A stretch of 64,000 nucleotides of DNA, taken from assembly GCA_964436465.1 (NCBI GenBank), contig CAYTCV010000004.1, forward strand, positions 1,196-65,195, written 5' to 3'. The first letter of the stretch is position 1, and each line of letters starts with the position of its first letter. Shown in pieces: positions 7,569 to 17,296 of the stretch. This DNA comes from an uncultured bacterium (lineage in GTDB: Bacteria; RBG-13-66-14). A program made the position numbers and the translations under genes. The notes under the pieces are model-generated. The model had not been told where the DNA came from. It made no database searches and saw only the letters and a list, made by a program, of their open reading frames with translations.

Positions 7569-10199
7569 CTACCCCTTCTTCGATTTGGGCCTGACCCCTC
7601 CCCCCTCCCACCAGGGCAGCACCATGGGGTCGGAGAAGAGGTCGTGGAATGCGCCCCGATGGTCCATCCCCCGCATCCCCGTCCGGACCGTCTCCGGTTG
7701 GCGGTCCGGCGGGACGCCGAGCACCGACCAGAGCTCATCCACGCGCAACGAGGGGACGGATGGCTCGAACCAGAGGGAGAATTTCACCAGGCCGCCCCGG
7801 ATTTGCACGTCGAGGAGCGAGGCCCGAACTTCGTATTCCTTCGATTCGCCGTCCTTGAACCGGGTGACGGAGAGCTTTTTCCCGGCCGCGACCTGGGCGA
7901 TTTTCGCGGCCAGGCCCTCCGGGGGCCGCTTAAAGCCGGCCAGGTAATCGGCCGCGCGGACGCACTCGGACAGCTTCGGCGCCCCGGGGCGCAGCTCCAC
8001 CGCCCGCTTGACCGAAACGCCCGGCGGCAGGCTCCGGTTCAGGCTCTCGACGAAAACCTTCTCGTCGAACCAGGTGGCAAGCTCCACCTCCGCCACCTCG
8101 GCCCGGCTCTCCACGCCAAGCGGAAGGGGCAGGGCCACGATAAGCCGCGGCTGGGGGTTGAAGCCCGACGACAATCGCAGGGCATACCCGGCCCGGCGGA
8201 TGGACCGCGCCAGGAGGTTCTTCAATTCCAGGTGGCCCAGGAGCGAGGCGGGCCAGATTTTTTCGAACTCGAACCGCACCCGAACCTTGAGCGGCGGCGC
8301 GGGAAGGTTGGGCCTCGGCGGGTAGAGCACCAGGCGCTCGAACTCCCCTTCCAGCGCGCCGAGGGTGTCGGGCTCGCACAGCTCCGGCTCCACCCCGCAC
8401 ACGTTGCACCCGGAGCGCCGGCAGTCCTGCGTGGTTTTCCCCTCCATCGCCCGGGCGCGCTCGTCCGCGAGGTACGTCTTTGTAACCAGGTTGTTCACCG
8501 CGTCCCAGGGCAGGCGGGCATCCAGGGGCAGTTCCCGGTTGGCGTAATCCTCCAGATTCAGGCCCGCCGCGGCGAAGGACTCACGCCAGCGTTCCAGGTC
8601 GAAGAAATCGTTCCACGCGTCGAACACCGCCCCCCGCCCATGAGCTTCCAACAACGCGCGGCCCACACGCCGGTCCCCCCGGGTCAGGGCGGCCTCGACC
8701 AGGGCCATTTGGGGACTGTTCCATTTGACGTTTATCTTCCGGTGCCGCAGCTCGCCCTGCAGGCGGGCCAGCGTCTCCTCCAGCTCGGCGAGGGGCGGCT
8801 GGGCGGCCCACTGGAAGGGTGTATGGGGCTTGGGGATGAAGGGGGAGAGCGCGACGTTGACCGCCTGCTTCTTGCCGGCGAATTCGGCGCAGCGCCGCGA
8901 AAGCTCGACCAGGGCGGCCAGGTCCTCCCCGGTCTCCGTGGGCAGCCCGAACATGAAGTAGAGCTTGAGCGTGGTGAAGCCGGTCTCGAAAATCCGCCGG
9001 GCCAGCCGTACCACCTCGTCGTTGGTGAAGTGGGGCTTGTTGATGACCTCCCGGAGCCGCTCGCTCCCGGCCTCGGGGGCGATGGTCAGCGAGCCCAGCC
9101 TCCGGCCGGACAGGAGCCATTCGAGACGGATGACCGCCTCGCCCACCCGCAGGCTGGGGAAGCTGATGGAGGGACCGCGGGGGCCGAACTCGGTCATCAC
9201 CCGCTCCACCAGGCGGGCGAGCCCCCGCCAATCCGTGGACGAAAGACTGGACACGTTGGCCTCGTCGTAGCCGGTGAGCCGGAGCTGGCGCACCAACTCG
9301 CCAAAAACCTCGTCGGCCTCCAGGGAGCGGACCGGCCGATAAATCATCCCCGCCTGGCAGAAGCGGCAGCCGCCCGTGCAGCCGCGCATCACCTCCAGGG
9401 TGACCCGGTCGTGGACGATGTCGGTGCCGGGAACCAGCGGGCTCTCGATGTGGGGGTCGAGACCGGCAATCCGCCGGTCCACCGCCGGGGAGCCCGGTTC
9501 CGGCACCCGCATGCCGGTGCTCTCCTCGGGACTCAGGCGGACCCGGTCCGGCAGGTACACCCCGGCGCAGCGGCCGAGCTCGGCTATGGCGGCCCGCCTG
9601 TCGAATCCGTTTTCGTTTCCGGCGCCCGCCACCGCCCGGACCAGCTCGGGAAGGAAATCCTCCGTCTCCCCCACGAAAAGGGCGTCCGCGAAATCGGCCA
9701 GCGGCTCGGGATTGACCGCGCAGGGGCCGCCGACGATGACCAGCGGCGTGCCGTCCCCGCGCTCGGCGGCGGTGAGGGGTATTCCCCCCAGTTCCAGCAT
9801 TTTCAGGAAATTCGAGTAGGAAAGCTCGTAGCCGAGGGTTACGGCCAGGACGTCGAAGGCGTGGAGGGGGCGTCTCTGCTCCAGGGAGAAAAGCGGGAGG
9901 CCGCGGCTCCGCATCGCCTCCTGCATGTCCGTCCAGGGCAGGAAGCAGCGGTCGCAGGCGGCGGCGGGATTCCGGTTGAGCCGGTCGTAGATGATTCGCC
10001 CCGCCAGGTTGCTCATCCCGATTTCGTAGGTGTCGGGAAAGCACCAGCAGACGTTGACGAGGCCGGCGGGGTTCTTGCGGTAGGCGCCCCACTCGCCGCC
10101 CACGTAGCGGGCCGGTCGTTCCACCGCGAGGAGCATCCGGGAAAAATCTTCGTCCTTGAGCAAGGGCGCCTTTCGGGAAAGGGCGGGGGATGGACCCAC
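7569..10199 (-). CDS. Radical SAM family protein with C-terminal DUF2344-like domain (TIGR03960/TIGR03936-type fusion)
   Basis: N-terminus LLAVERPARYVGGEW, radical SAM cysteine motif CTGGCRFC, 876 aa. This matches the known long rSAM plus 'radical SAM-linked' fusion architecture. Confidence 0.7.
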   Translation of the reverse strand: MGPSPALSRKAPLLKDEDFSRMLLAVERPARYVGGEWGAYRKNPAGLVNVCWCFPDTYEIGMSNLAGRIIYDRLNRNPAAACDRCFLPWTDMQEAMRSRGLPLFSLEQRRPLHAFDVLAVTLGYELSYSNFLKMLELGGIPLTAAERGDGTPLVIVGGPCAVNPEPLADFADALFVGETEDFLPELVRAVAGAGNENGFDRRAAIAELGRCAGVYLPDRVRLSPEESTGMRVPEPGSPAVDRRIAGLDPHIESPLVPGTDIVHDRVTLEVMRGCTGGCRFCQAGMIYRPVRSLEADEVFGELVRQLRLTGYDEANVSSLSSTDWRGLARLVERVMTEFGPRGPSISFPSLRVGEAVIRLEWLLSGRRLGSLTIAPEAGSERLREVINKPHFTNDEVVRLARRIFETGFTTLKLYFMFGLPTETGEDLAALVELSRRCAEFAGKKQAVNVALSPFIPKPHTPFQWAAQPPLAELEETLARLQGELRHRKINVKWNSPQMALVEAALTRGDRRVGRALLEAHGRGAVFDAWNDFFDLERWRESFAAAGLNLEDYANRELPLDARLPWDAVNNLVTKTYLADERARAMEGKTTQDCRRSGCNVCGVEPELCEPDTLGALEGEFERLVLYPPRPNLPAPPLKVRVRFEFEKIWPASLLGHLELKNLLARSIRRAGYALRLSSGFNPQPRLIVALPLPLGVESRAEVAEVELATWFDEKVFVESLNRSLPPGVSVKRAVELRPGAPKLSECVRAADYLAGFKRPPEGLAAKIAQVAAGKKLSVTRFKDGESKEYEVRASLLDVQIRGGLVKFSLWFEPSVPSLRVDELWSVLGVPPDRQPETVRTGMRGMDHRGAFHDLFSDPMVLPWWEGGGVRPKSKKG

Positions 10200-10266
10200 G
10201 CCCTTGTCTCACGGGAGCGTCGTTCCACGACTGAACGGAATCGTCTCGGCCGGGTGAATCGTCCGA

Positions 10267-12519
10267 CTAGCGGGCGATGACGATTCGGCTCGTTCTTACG
10301 CCGCAGCCGGTGTCAAGCTTCAAGAGGTACACACCGCTCGGCAGCCCGGTCGCATCGAAGACTACATCGTGGCGCCCCGCGGCGTACTCGCCCTCGGCCG
10401 CGACTGCCACCCGCCGCCCGGCGAGGTCGTAGAGGACGAGGGACGCGTCGGCGGTCTCGGGCAGGTTGAAGGTCACGCTGAACAAGCCCGCCGCCGGGCA
10501 GGGCCAGGGCGCGGACAGGGCCAGGGGGACGACGCTCTCGCGCCAGTCCACCCATGACGAGAGGTAGCTTTGTCTGGAACCGTCGGCGGAAACCGTCTCC
10601 AGCCGGTATTGGTAGCTGCCGGGGGAGTCGAGCCGGTCGAGGAAGCGTCCCCGGGGCTCCAGCGAGCCCGAGTGCAGCTTCACCTCACCCACACCGTCGT
10701 CGCGGTAGAGCTCGACCCCGAGTACGTCGCCCTCGACGGACCAGGTTACGAGCACCCCGTCCTCGTCGGGAACGGCGGTAAGCTCCACCACCGGCGCGTC
10801 GGAGCTCCAGAGCTTGTACAGGAGCCAGCCGTACGGGTCGAAGATGACCCGTGAAACGGCGAGGGGCACGTCGAAGGTCTGCTCATCCACCCGCTGGTCG
10901 TCATCGAAAACCACGTCCAACGTGCCGTCCGCGGTGACGAGCTGGAGTTCCACCGGGGTGACGAAGACCTCGGGGGTTATTCCGTCGGAGGGGTCCTGCA
11001 ATTGGGAGAGCTGAACGTGGCACAACCAGCCGTTCGAGGTCTGTTCGCTCCATGTGACCATGTCGTACTCGGGGTAACCGGCCTTGTACACCCACTCGTC
11101 GAAGAAGGTGTCCAGGGAGCCGGGACCGCCGTAGTAATCCTCGGCCACGCCCTTGAACTCCTCGGTGGTGACGGTGCCCGAGTCGTCGTCGGAGATGTAC
11201 TCCCGCAGCATGTTCAGGAAAGTCTCGTCGTCACTCCGGTGCCGGAGCATGTGCAGGACCCACGCGCCCTTCTTGTAGACCGTGGTGCCGAAGAGATAAT
11301 CGGGGTCGTAGAGCGGGTAGCGGTAATGGGAATCCTCATTGAAGTACTGAATCTTGAATCCCGCCATGTAGTCGCGAAGCCCCTCATCCCCGCCGACGTG
11401 CTCGGCCCAGAACGCCTCCACGTAGCTGGCGAACCCCTCGTTGAGCCAGATGTTCTCCCAGGTCTCGCAGGTAAGCCAATCGCCGAACCACTCGTGCCCC
11501 AGCTCGTGGACGACGACCCAGTCGAAGGTGTGGTCGCCGGTGATGAAGCTGGATGAGTAGGTGGTGGTGGTGGTGTGCTCCATGGCCCCGCCGATTTCGG
11601 TTATCATGTGGCCGAATCGGGGGTACTTGTAATCGGTGAAGAGCGTCGAGTTGAACTCGACCATCTCCGGGGCGATGGAGAGGTCCTCCTCGGCCTCGGG
11701 GATATGTTCCTGATAGACCCAGTTGTCCACGTGCTGGGGCCCGTGGCCTATGTCGAAGGTGTCGTAGAAATAGTAGTAATCGCTGGCGGCCATGGCCACC
11801 AGGTAGGTCGGCAAATCGAAGTCCGCCTCCCAGTTGAAGGTCTTCGTGCCGTCACCGTTATCCACGGTGGACACCAGCACGCCGTTGGAGGCCACCAGCC
11901 AGTCGTCCCGGACGGTGTAGCTCTGGTTGCAGGTGAACCGGTCGTCGGGCGCGTCGTAGCAGGGGAACCAACCGCTGGCGTCGAACGGCTCGGTGAAAGT
12001 GTGGATGATGCCGCCGTTGGCCTTGTCGGCGTACATGCCGTAGGGAGGGGTGCCGGAGTACTCGATGTTGAGGGTGAAACTCTCCCCCTCGTCGTAGGTC
12101 CGGTCGAGGGTTATAGAGAGGTAATCCCCGACGCGCTCGAAATCGAGGTACAGCTGGTCGTGGGTGACGGCGGTGACTTCGAGCTCCTCGGTCAGCTCCA
12201 TGTCGACGACGTGGAGACCGTCCTCGGTGGCTTTCAAGGTCCAGGCGGCGGTGCCGTCCAAGGTGCACGATACGGGCTCGATGTATCCGATATACTCCAG
12301 ATTCAGGGAAAGGTCCAGATGCTCCTGGTCAAAACCATCGCCCACCGGCTCCGGCTCGCCGCGCTGGGCGGCCTTCAACGCGGCAGTGGCCTTGGCCGCC
12401 GCCTCCATGGCCGCGGAGTCGAAGTAGGGGTCCGGTGTCGGCGGGACGTTGGCCGAAACCCCGAAGGCCGAAAGCAGAAAAACAATCAGGAAGATGCGCA
12501 TCGCGACCCCCGTTTTCAC
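10267..12519 (-). CDS. Secreted M1-family zinc metallopeptidase with C-terminal T9SS/FlgD-Ig-like sorting domain
   Basis: Signal peptide, HELGHEWFG zinc-binding motif and downstream WLNEGFASY. C-terminus is LVLYDLAGRRV...GRHDVVFDATGLPSGVYLLKL...RIVIAR. Confidence 0.85.
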   Translation of the reverse strand: MKTGVAMRIFLIVFLLSAFGVSANVPPTPDPYFDSAAMEAAAKATAALKAAQRGEPEPVGDGFDQEHLDLSLNLEYIGYIEPVSCTLDGTAAWTLKATEDGLHVVDMELTEELEVTAVTHDQLYLDFERVGDYLSITLDRTYDEGESFTLNIEYSGTPPYGMYADKANGGIIHTFTEPFDASGWFPCYDAPDDRFTCNQSYTVRDDWLVASNGVLVSTVDNGDGTKTFNWEADFDLPTYLVAMAASDYYYFYDTFDIGHGPQHVDNWVYQEHIPEAEEDLSIAPEMVEFNSTLFTDYKYPRFGHMITEIGGAMEHTTTTTYSSSFITGDHTFDWVVVHELGHEWFGDWLTCETWENIWLNEGFASYVEAFWAEHVGGDEGLRDYMAGFKIQYFNEDSHYRYPLYDPDYLFGTTVYKKGAWVLHMLRHRSDDETFLNMLREYISDDDSGTVTTEEFKGVAEDYYGGPGSLDTFFDEWVYKAGYPEYDMVTWSEQTSNGWLCHVQLSQLQDPSDGITPEVFVTPVELQLVTADGTLDVVFDDDQRVDEQTFDVPLAVSRVIFDPYGWLLYKLWSSDAPVVELTAVPDEDGVLVTWSVEGDVLGVELYRDDGVGEVKLHSGSLEPRGRFLDRLDSPGSYQYRLETVSADGSRQSYLSSWVDWRESVVPLALSAPWPCPAAGLFSVTFNLPETADASLVLYDLAGRRVAVAAEGEYAAGRHDVVFDATGLPSGVYLLKLDTGCGVRTSRIVIAR

Positions 12520-12548
12520 CGCCCCACTTCTTCATACCCATGTTCGCA

Positions 12549-12579
12549 TAAAAAACGCCCCACCGCAAGGGATGGGGTA
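12549..12579 (-). terminator. Putative terminator after pyrC (minus strand)
   Basis: Minus strand reads CCCCAtcccttgcggTGGGGcg followed by TTTTTTAT. Confidence 0.35.
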
Positions 12580-12600
12580 TGACGGGAGGATGTCCGACCG

Positions 12601-13893
12601 TCAACCTACCAGCTCACCCTCCCGCACGACGAAGCGACCCCCCACCAGAACCGCCGCGGGCCGGCCCTTCAGCCGCGCTCCGTGGAACGGATTGTTGCGC
12701 CCCTTGCTGGCGAAGGTCTCCACGTCCACCGTCCATTCGCGCTCCAGGTCCCAGACGGTCACGTCGGCGGGGTAGCCCGGAGTCAGGGAACCGAGGGCGA
12801 GCCCCAGAACCTTGGCCGGCGCGCTGGTCATGGCCCGGACGAGACGTTCCAGGGGGAGCTCGCCGGTGAGGACCAGCCCGGTGTGGAGGGCGGCGAACGC
12901 GGTCTCGAGGCCGGCAATGCCGTCGGCGGCCCGGGCGAACTCGGTCTGTTTCTCGGCCACGGTGCAGGGGGAATGGTCGCTGGCAATCACGGAAACCGTC
13001 CCGTCGGCCACGGCTTCGACCAGGGCCCTCCGGTCGGCGTCGCTTCTCAGGGGGGGGAAGACCTTGGCGTCGGTGTCGTATCCCTCGCAGGCGGCGTCGG
13101 TCAGGAGCAGGTTGTGGGGCGTCACTTCGGCGCTCAGTGGGATGCCTCGCTCATGGGCGTACCGGATGACGGCCACGGTGTCCGCGCTGGAAACGGGGCT
13201 CAGATGGATGGGGCAGCCCAGGGAATCGGCGAAGATGACCTCTCGGGCGGCGATGACCTCCTCGGCCACCGAAGGAACCCCCGGCAGACCGAGCTCGGTC
13301 GAAGTCCGCCCCTCGTGCATCACCCCGTCGGCGGCGAGTTCCGGGTCCAGGGGGAAGCTCAAAACGGGGAGCTCGAACATCCGCGCGTAAACGAGCGCGC
13401 GGCGCATGACGGCGGCGTCGGCCACGGGGTGGTCGTCGTCGGAGACGGCCAGGGCCCCGGCGACGGCCAGCTCACCCAACTCGGCCAGCTCATTCCCCGC
13501 CATGCCCTTGGTAACGGCGCCGATGGGAAAGACCCGCACCACGCCATCCCGCGCGGCCCGACGGCGGATGAACTGCACCACCGTCTGGTTGTCCATCACC
13601 ATTTCCCGCGTGCTGCGGCAGGCGACGGCGGTGTAGCCCCCCAGGGCGGCGGCCCGGGTGCCGGTGGCGATGGTCTCCCGGTCCTCTCGGCCGGGCTCGT
13701 TCAGGTGGACCTTGGTGTCCAGAAGCCCCGGCGTGACGAGAAGGCCCGAGCAGTCGAGGACCTCCGCTCCCTCGGCGGCGAGGCGGGGCCCCACCCGGGC
13801 GACGACGGACTTCTCGACGAGGACGTCGGCCGTCGAGTCCAGCCCGTTGGCCGGGTCCAGGACCCGACCGCCTTTCAGGAGAAGCTTCTTCAC
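12601..13893 (-). CDS. pyrC: Dihydroorotase
   Basis: 430 aa amidohydrolase with DxHxH-type motif (DTKVHLNEPG) and the DHSP motif. Overlaps pyrB by 4 nt. Confidence 0.9.
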   Translation of the reverse strand: MKKLLLKGGRVLDPANGLDSTADVLVEKSVVARVGPRLAAEGAEVLDCSGLLVTPGLLDTKVHLNEPGREDRETIATGTRAAALGGYTAVACRSTREMVMDNQTVVQFIRRRAARDGVVRVFPIGAVTKGMAGNELAELGELAVAGALAVSDDDHPVADAAVMRRALVYARMFELPVLSFPLDPELAADGVMHEGRTSTELGLPGVPSVAEEVIAAREVIFADSLGCPIHLSPVSSADTVAVIRYAHERGIPLSAEVTPHNLLLTDAACEGYDTDAKVFPPLRSDADRRALVEAVADGTVSVIASDHSPCTVAEKQTEFARAADGIAGLETAFAALHTGLVLTGELPLERLVRAMTSAPAKVLGLALGSLTPGYPADVTVWDLEREWTVDVETFASKGRNNPFHGARLKGRPAAVLVGGRFVVREGELVG

Positions 13894-14819
13894 GCCACCC
13901 CCTTGCCCATGGCCAGCATGTAGAGCACCGCCATGCGGAGGGTGACACCGGCGGCGATTTGGCGCTGGAGGTGGGGACGGGCGCGCTCGGCCACGGTCGC
14001 GGTGATTTCAACCCCGCGGTTGATGGCCCCGGAGTGTAGAATCATCACGTCGGGCTTGGCCAGGGTGAGCCGCTCGGTGTTCAGGCTGTAGAAGCGGGAG
14101 TACTCCCTGAGGCTGGGCAGGAGCTTGTCGTTGCCGTAGTCCAGGCTGACGCGGGTGGTGATGATGACGTCGGCCGCGTCCACCGCCTCTTCGACGGTGT
14201 GAAAGACCTGGCAGCCGAACTCGGAAAGCCCCTCGGGAATCATGGTGCTCGGAGCGCCCACGGCCACGTTGGCCCCCAGCTTGACCAGGCAGTAGAGGTC
14301 GCTCTTGGCGGCCGAGGCGTGGCGGATGTCACCCAGCAGGGCGACCTTCAGCCCCTCTATGCGCCCCCGGGCCCGACGGATGGTGTAGGCGTCCACCAGG
14401 GCCTGGGTCGGGTGCTCGTGGGCCCCGTCGCCGGCGTTGATGACGCTGGCCTCGATGTTGCGCGCGAGCTGCACCGGCGCGCCGGCCAGGTGGTGCCGCA
14501 CCACGATGATGTCCACCCCCATGGCCTGCAGGGTCAGGGCGGTGTCGGTGAGGGTCTCGCCCAGGGCGCTGGGAATCTGACCGATGTTTATTAAATCGGC
14601 GGATAAGGCCTTGCAGGCCCTTTCGAAAGAGATGCGCGTCCGGGTGGAGGGGGTGTAGAAGAGGTTGGCGACGATTTTTCCGCGCAGGGCGGGCAGCTTC
14701 TTCACCGCCCGCGTGGAGACCTCCTCCAGCTTGGCGGTCTGGTCGAGAATCAGCTCGATTTCGCCGACTTCGAGCTCGCGGATACCCAGAAGGTCTTTGC
14801 TCTTGAGCATGTGCGTCAC
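13890..14819 (-). CDS. pyrB: Aspartate carbamoyltransferase catalytic subunit
   Basis: STRTR and HPTQ motifs; 309 aa. Confidence 0.92.
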   Translation of the reverse strand: MTHMLKSKDLLGIRELEVGEIELILDQTAKLEEVSTRAVKKLPALRGKIVANLFYTPSTRTRISFERACKALSADLINIGQIPSALGETLTDTALTLQAMGVDIIVVRHHLAGAPVQLARNIEASVINAGDGAHEHPTQALVDAYTIRRARGRIEGLKVALLGDIRHASAAKSDLYCLVKLGANVAVGAPSTMIPEGLSEFGCQVFHTVEEAVDAADVIITTRVSLDYGNDKLLPSLREYSRFYSLNTERLTLAKPDVMILHSGAINRGVEITATVAERARPHLQRQIAAGVTLRMAVLYMLAMGKGVA

Positions 14820-14822
14820 CCG

Positions 14823-15404
14823 TCAGCGCCGGTAGAGGAAAACGCCCGGCTCGGGGTCGTCCAGCCGCACCAGGACCAGCTCTCCCGGGGCGGGCGTCAC
14901 GTGGAGGCCCACGTAGTCCGGCTGGAGGGGAAGCTCCCTCCCCGGCCGCTCGGCGACGACCACGAGGCGAATCGCCTTGGGGCGGCCGAAGTCTATGAGC
15001 TCGTCGATGGCGGCCCGGACGGTCCGGCCGGTGAAGAGGACGTCGTCGGCCAGGAGCACCACCACGTCGTCCAGGGGGAAGTCAATTTCGGTGGCCCCCA
15101 CCTCGGGCAGGTAGCCCAAACGGTGGATGTCGTCCCGGTAGAGGGTGATATCCACGAATCCGAGGGGTACCGGCGTTCCCTTCAATTCGGTGAGCCGTTC
15201 GGCCAGAAGGTGGGCGAGCCTCTCACCGCCGGCGCGCACCCCGACCACGGCAACGTTCGGCTCCTTCGCGTACTCCCGCGCGACTCTCTCCACCAGGTCG
15301 TCGAGGAACCCCTCCAACCGCTCGCGGTCGGCGACGACCCCGGTCAGCGTCAGGTCCCCATCCCTGTCAGCCATCGGCACCCCCCTCGGCATCTCCGTCC
15401 GCAC
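14823..15404 (-). CDS. pyrR: Bifunctional pyrimidine operon regulator / uracil phosphoribosyltransferase PyrR
   Basis: PRTase motif VVLLADDVLFTGRTVRAAIDEL. The start may be the internal ATG (MADRDG...) at 15374. Confidence 0.85.
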   Translation of the reverse strand: MRTEMPRGVPMADRDGDLTLTGVVADRERLEGFLDDLVERVAREYAKEPNVAVVGVRAGGERLAHLLAERLTELKGTPVPLGFVDITLYRDDIHRLGYLPEVGATEIDFPLDDVVVLLADDVLFTGRTVRAAIDELIDFGRPKAIRLVVVAERPGRELPLQPDYVGLHVTPAPGELVLVRLDDPEPGVFLYRR

Positions 15405-15439
15405 CTGAAATAGAACGCCGCGGCTCGATTATACCGCCG

Positions 15440-17281
15440 TCATTCCTCACCGGTGATTTCCACCAGCCTCCGGTAACCCTCGCCCGCGAGGCGGAAGGTC
15501 TCGCCCTCGGGCTCCAGGCTGGCGCTGGAGAGGGCGGCTTTGTAGGCTTCCCGCGCCGCGACGAGGTAGAAGTAGGTCCGGTCGTTGATGGCGAAGTAGG
15601 CCTGCTCGATTTCCTCGTCGGACGCCCCGCCGGTGATGACCACGTCCTGGAGCATTTCTCCGAATTCCTCGAAGACCCGGGCGGCCTTGAGTTGGGCCTC
15701 GGCCACCAGAGCCGGCTCGCCGAAGGACGCCGCGCCCGAGAAGCCGAGGGCGGCCCGGTCCATCAGCGCCGTCTTGCGCTCCAGCTGGGCCTTGACCTCG
15801 GACAGGTCACCGCCGACGGTCACGCCCATGTAGTCGGAAAAACCGTTCTCCCCGTAGACGAAGTAGGCGTGGGCCATGGTGGGGCTGCCGTAGCGGTTGA
15901 CCGCCTTCCGTGAGTGCTCCCGGACGGCCAGGGTATACAGAGCGAGAGCCCGGTCCGGGTCACCCCCGTCCTCGGCCATGAGGCCCAGGGCGGCGTAGGC
16001 TTCGCCGACCCAGATGTAGAACACCGGGTCGTCGGTGTGACGCTCGATGAAACGGTTCAGGCCGTCGGCGTCGCGGGCGTGAATCGCCTCGCGCAGAGGG
16101 ACGAGCGCCGCCTCGGGGCTGTCGCCGTATGAATCATCCAAATCTTCGTAGTATTTCGCGGCCCGCTCCCAGCCCTCGGCCGATTCGGCCATCAGCCCGG
16201 CGCGGAACAGCGCGGCGGGAGCCAGGTCGTCGTCGGGATAGTCCGCCGCCAGCCGGGCGTACTCCGCCTCGGCCGCCGCGGGGTCGGAGAGCCAAAGCTG
16301 GAAAATGAGCCCCCGGCGGTAGAGGGCCGCCACCGCCACCTCGTGCTCCGGGTACCTCTCGATGAGGTCGGCGTAGGACTCCAGCGCCCGGTCCAGCTTC
16401 GCCCGGGACACGGTGTCGAGGAAGACGGCCGGAATCTGCGGCACCTCGGCCTCGAGGGCCAGGGCCCGGTGGTACTGGGCCACCTTGGAGTTGGAGAACC
16501 ACCGTTCGGCCAGCTCCGGCTCCTTCTTCGGGTCCACCATGCCGCAGGCGCGCAGGTACATCTCGCGGGCCTTGTCGTAGAGGCCGGCGTCGAAGGTCTG
16601 GTCCCCCAGCCGCGCCAGGAGTGATGCCCGGCTGACCGCGCGCGTTTCGGCGTCCTCGCCGGAATGGTAGTCCTCGTTGAGGAAGCGGTCCAGGAAAGCG
16701 TCGGCCTGTTCATCGTCCCCCGCGCGGTACAGGAGCTCGACGTTGACCAGGGCGATGTCGGCGTCGTCCTCGGGCAGGGCGAAGGCCGCGGGACGGGCCT
16801 TCTTCTCGTCGAAATAGGTCGCGCAGGCGGCCAGGGTCCTGGCGGCCAGACCGGACCGGTCCGCCTCCTCCAGGTCCAGCGCCTGCTTGTACACGCGGAC
16901 CGCGGAATAAACCGCCGGTTGGACGTACTCGGCCACGTCCTGCTCCGCCGCGAGGAGGAAGGCGTCCCCGGCCGTTTCTAACAGGCGCGAGGCCTTGGAT
17001 TTCGCCGCCGGGCTTTCATCCACCGGTTCGGCGAAGGCCAGCTCGGCCAGACACTGACCGTAGCTGTAACCCACCAGCGCCACTTCCTCCGCGGGAATCC
17101 GCTCTTTCAGATTCGGGAATTCGTCGATGCGCTCGATGTAGGCCCCGTAGTAATCGGCGGCCTGCTCGTACTCCAACCGGGCCAGTTCCTTCTCCAGGTC
17201 GGGGTGCTCGACGGGAACCGTCTGCGGTCCGCAGGCCGCGAGGAGCAGGAGAAGAAAAGCCGGCCACATCAGTCTGCGCAA
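15440..17281 (-). CDS. TPR-repeat lipoprotein
   Basis: Signal peptide with lipobox LLLAAC, followed by repeated Ala/Leu/Tyr-rich TPR-like helices. Confidence 0.6.
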   Translation of the reverse strand: MRRLMWPAFLLLLLAACGPQTVPVEHPDLEKELARLEYEQAADYYGAYIERIDEFPNLKERIPAEEVALVGYSYGQCLAELAFAEPVDESPAAKSKASRLLETAGDAFLLAAEQDVAEYVQPAVYSAVRVYKQALDLEEADRSGLAARTLAACATYFDEKKARPAAFALPEDDADIALVNVELLYRAGDDEQADAFLDRFLNEDYHSGEDAETRAVSRASLLARLGDQTFDAGLYDKAREMYLRACGMVDPKKEPELAERWFSNSKVAQYHRALALEAEVPQIPAVFLDTVSRAKLDRALESYADLIERYPEHEVAVAALYRRGLIFQLWLSDPAAAEAEYARLAADYPDDDLAPAALFRAGLMAESAEGWERAAKYYEDLDDSYGDSPEAALVPLREAIHARDADGLNRFIERHTDDPVFYIWVGEAYAALGLMAEDGGDPDRALALYTLAVREHSRKAVNRYGSPTMAHAYFVYGENGFSDYMGVTVGGDLSEVKAQLERKTALMDRAALGFSGAASFGEPALVAEAQLKAARVFEEFGEMLQDVVITGGASDEEIEQAYFAINDRTYFYLVAAREAYKAALSSASLEPEGETFRLAGEGYRRLVEITGEE

Positions 17282-17296
17282 CGGTTCACCTCGGCG

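Noticed and set aside
7176-10280. 1034-aa plus-strand ORF, with a second 543-aa minus-strand ORF overlapping the same locus
   Set aside because: They lie antisense to or out of frame with the well-supported radical SAM gene (7569-10199, -). Their translations are low-complexity and Ala/Arg/Gly/Pro-rich, typical of spurious open frames in high-GC DNA. No motifs.
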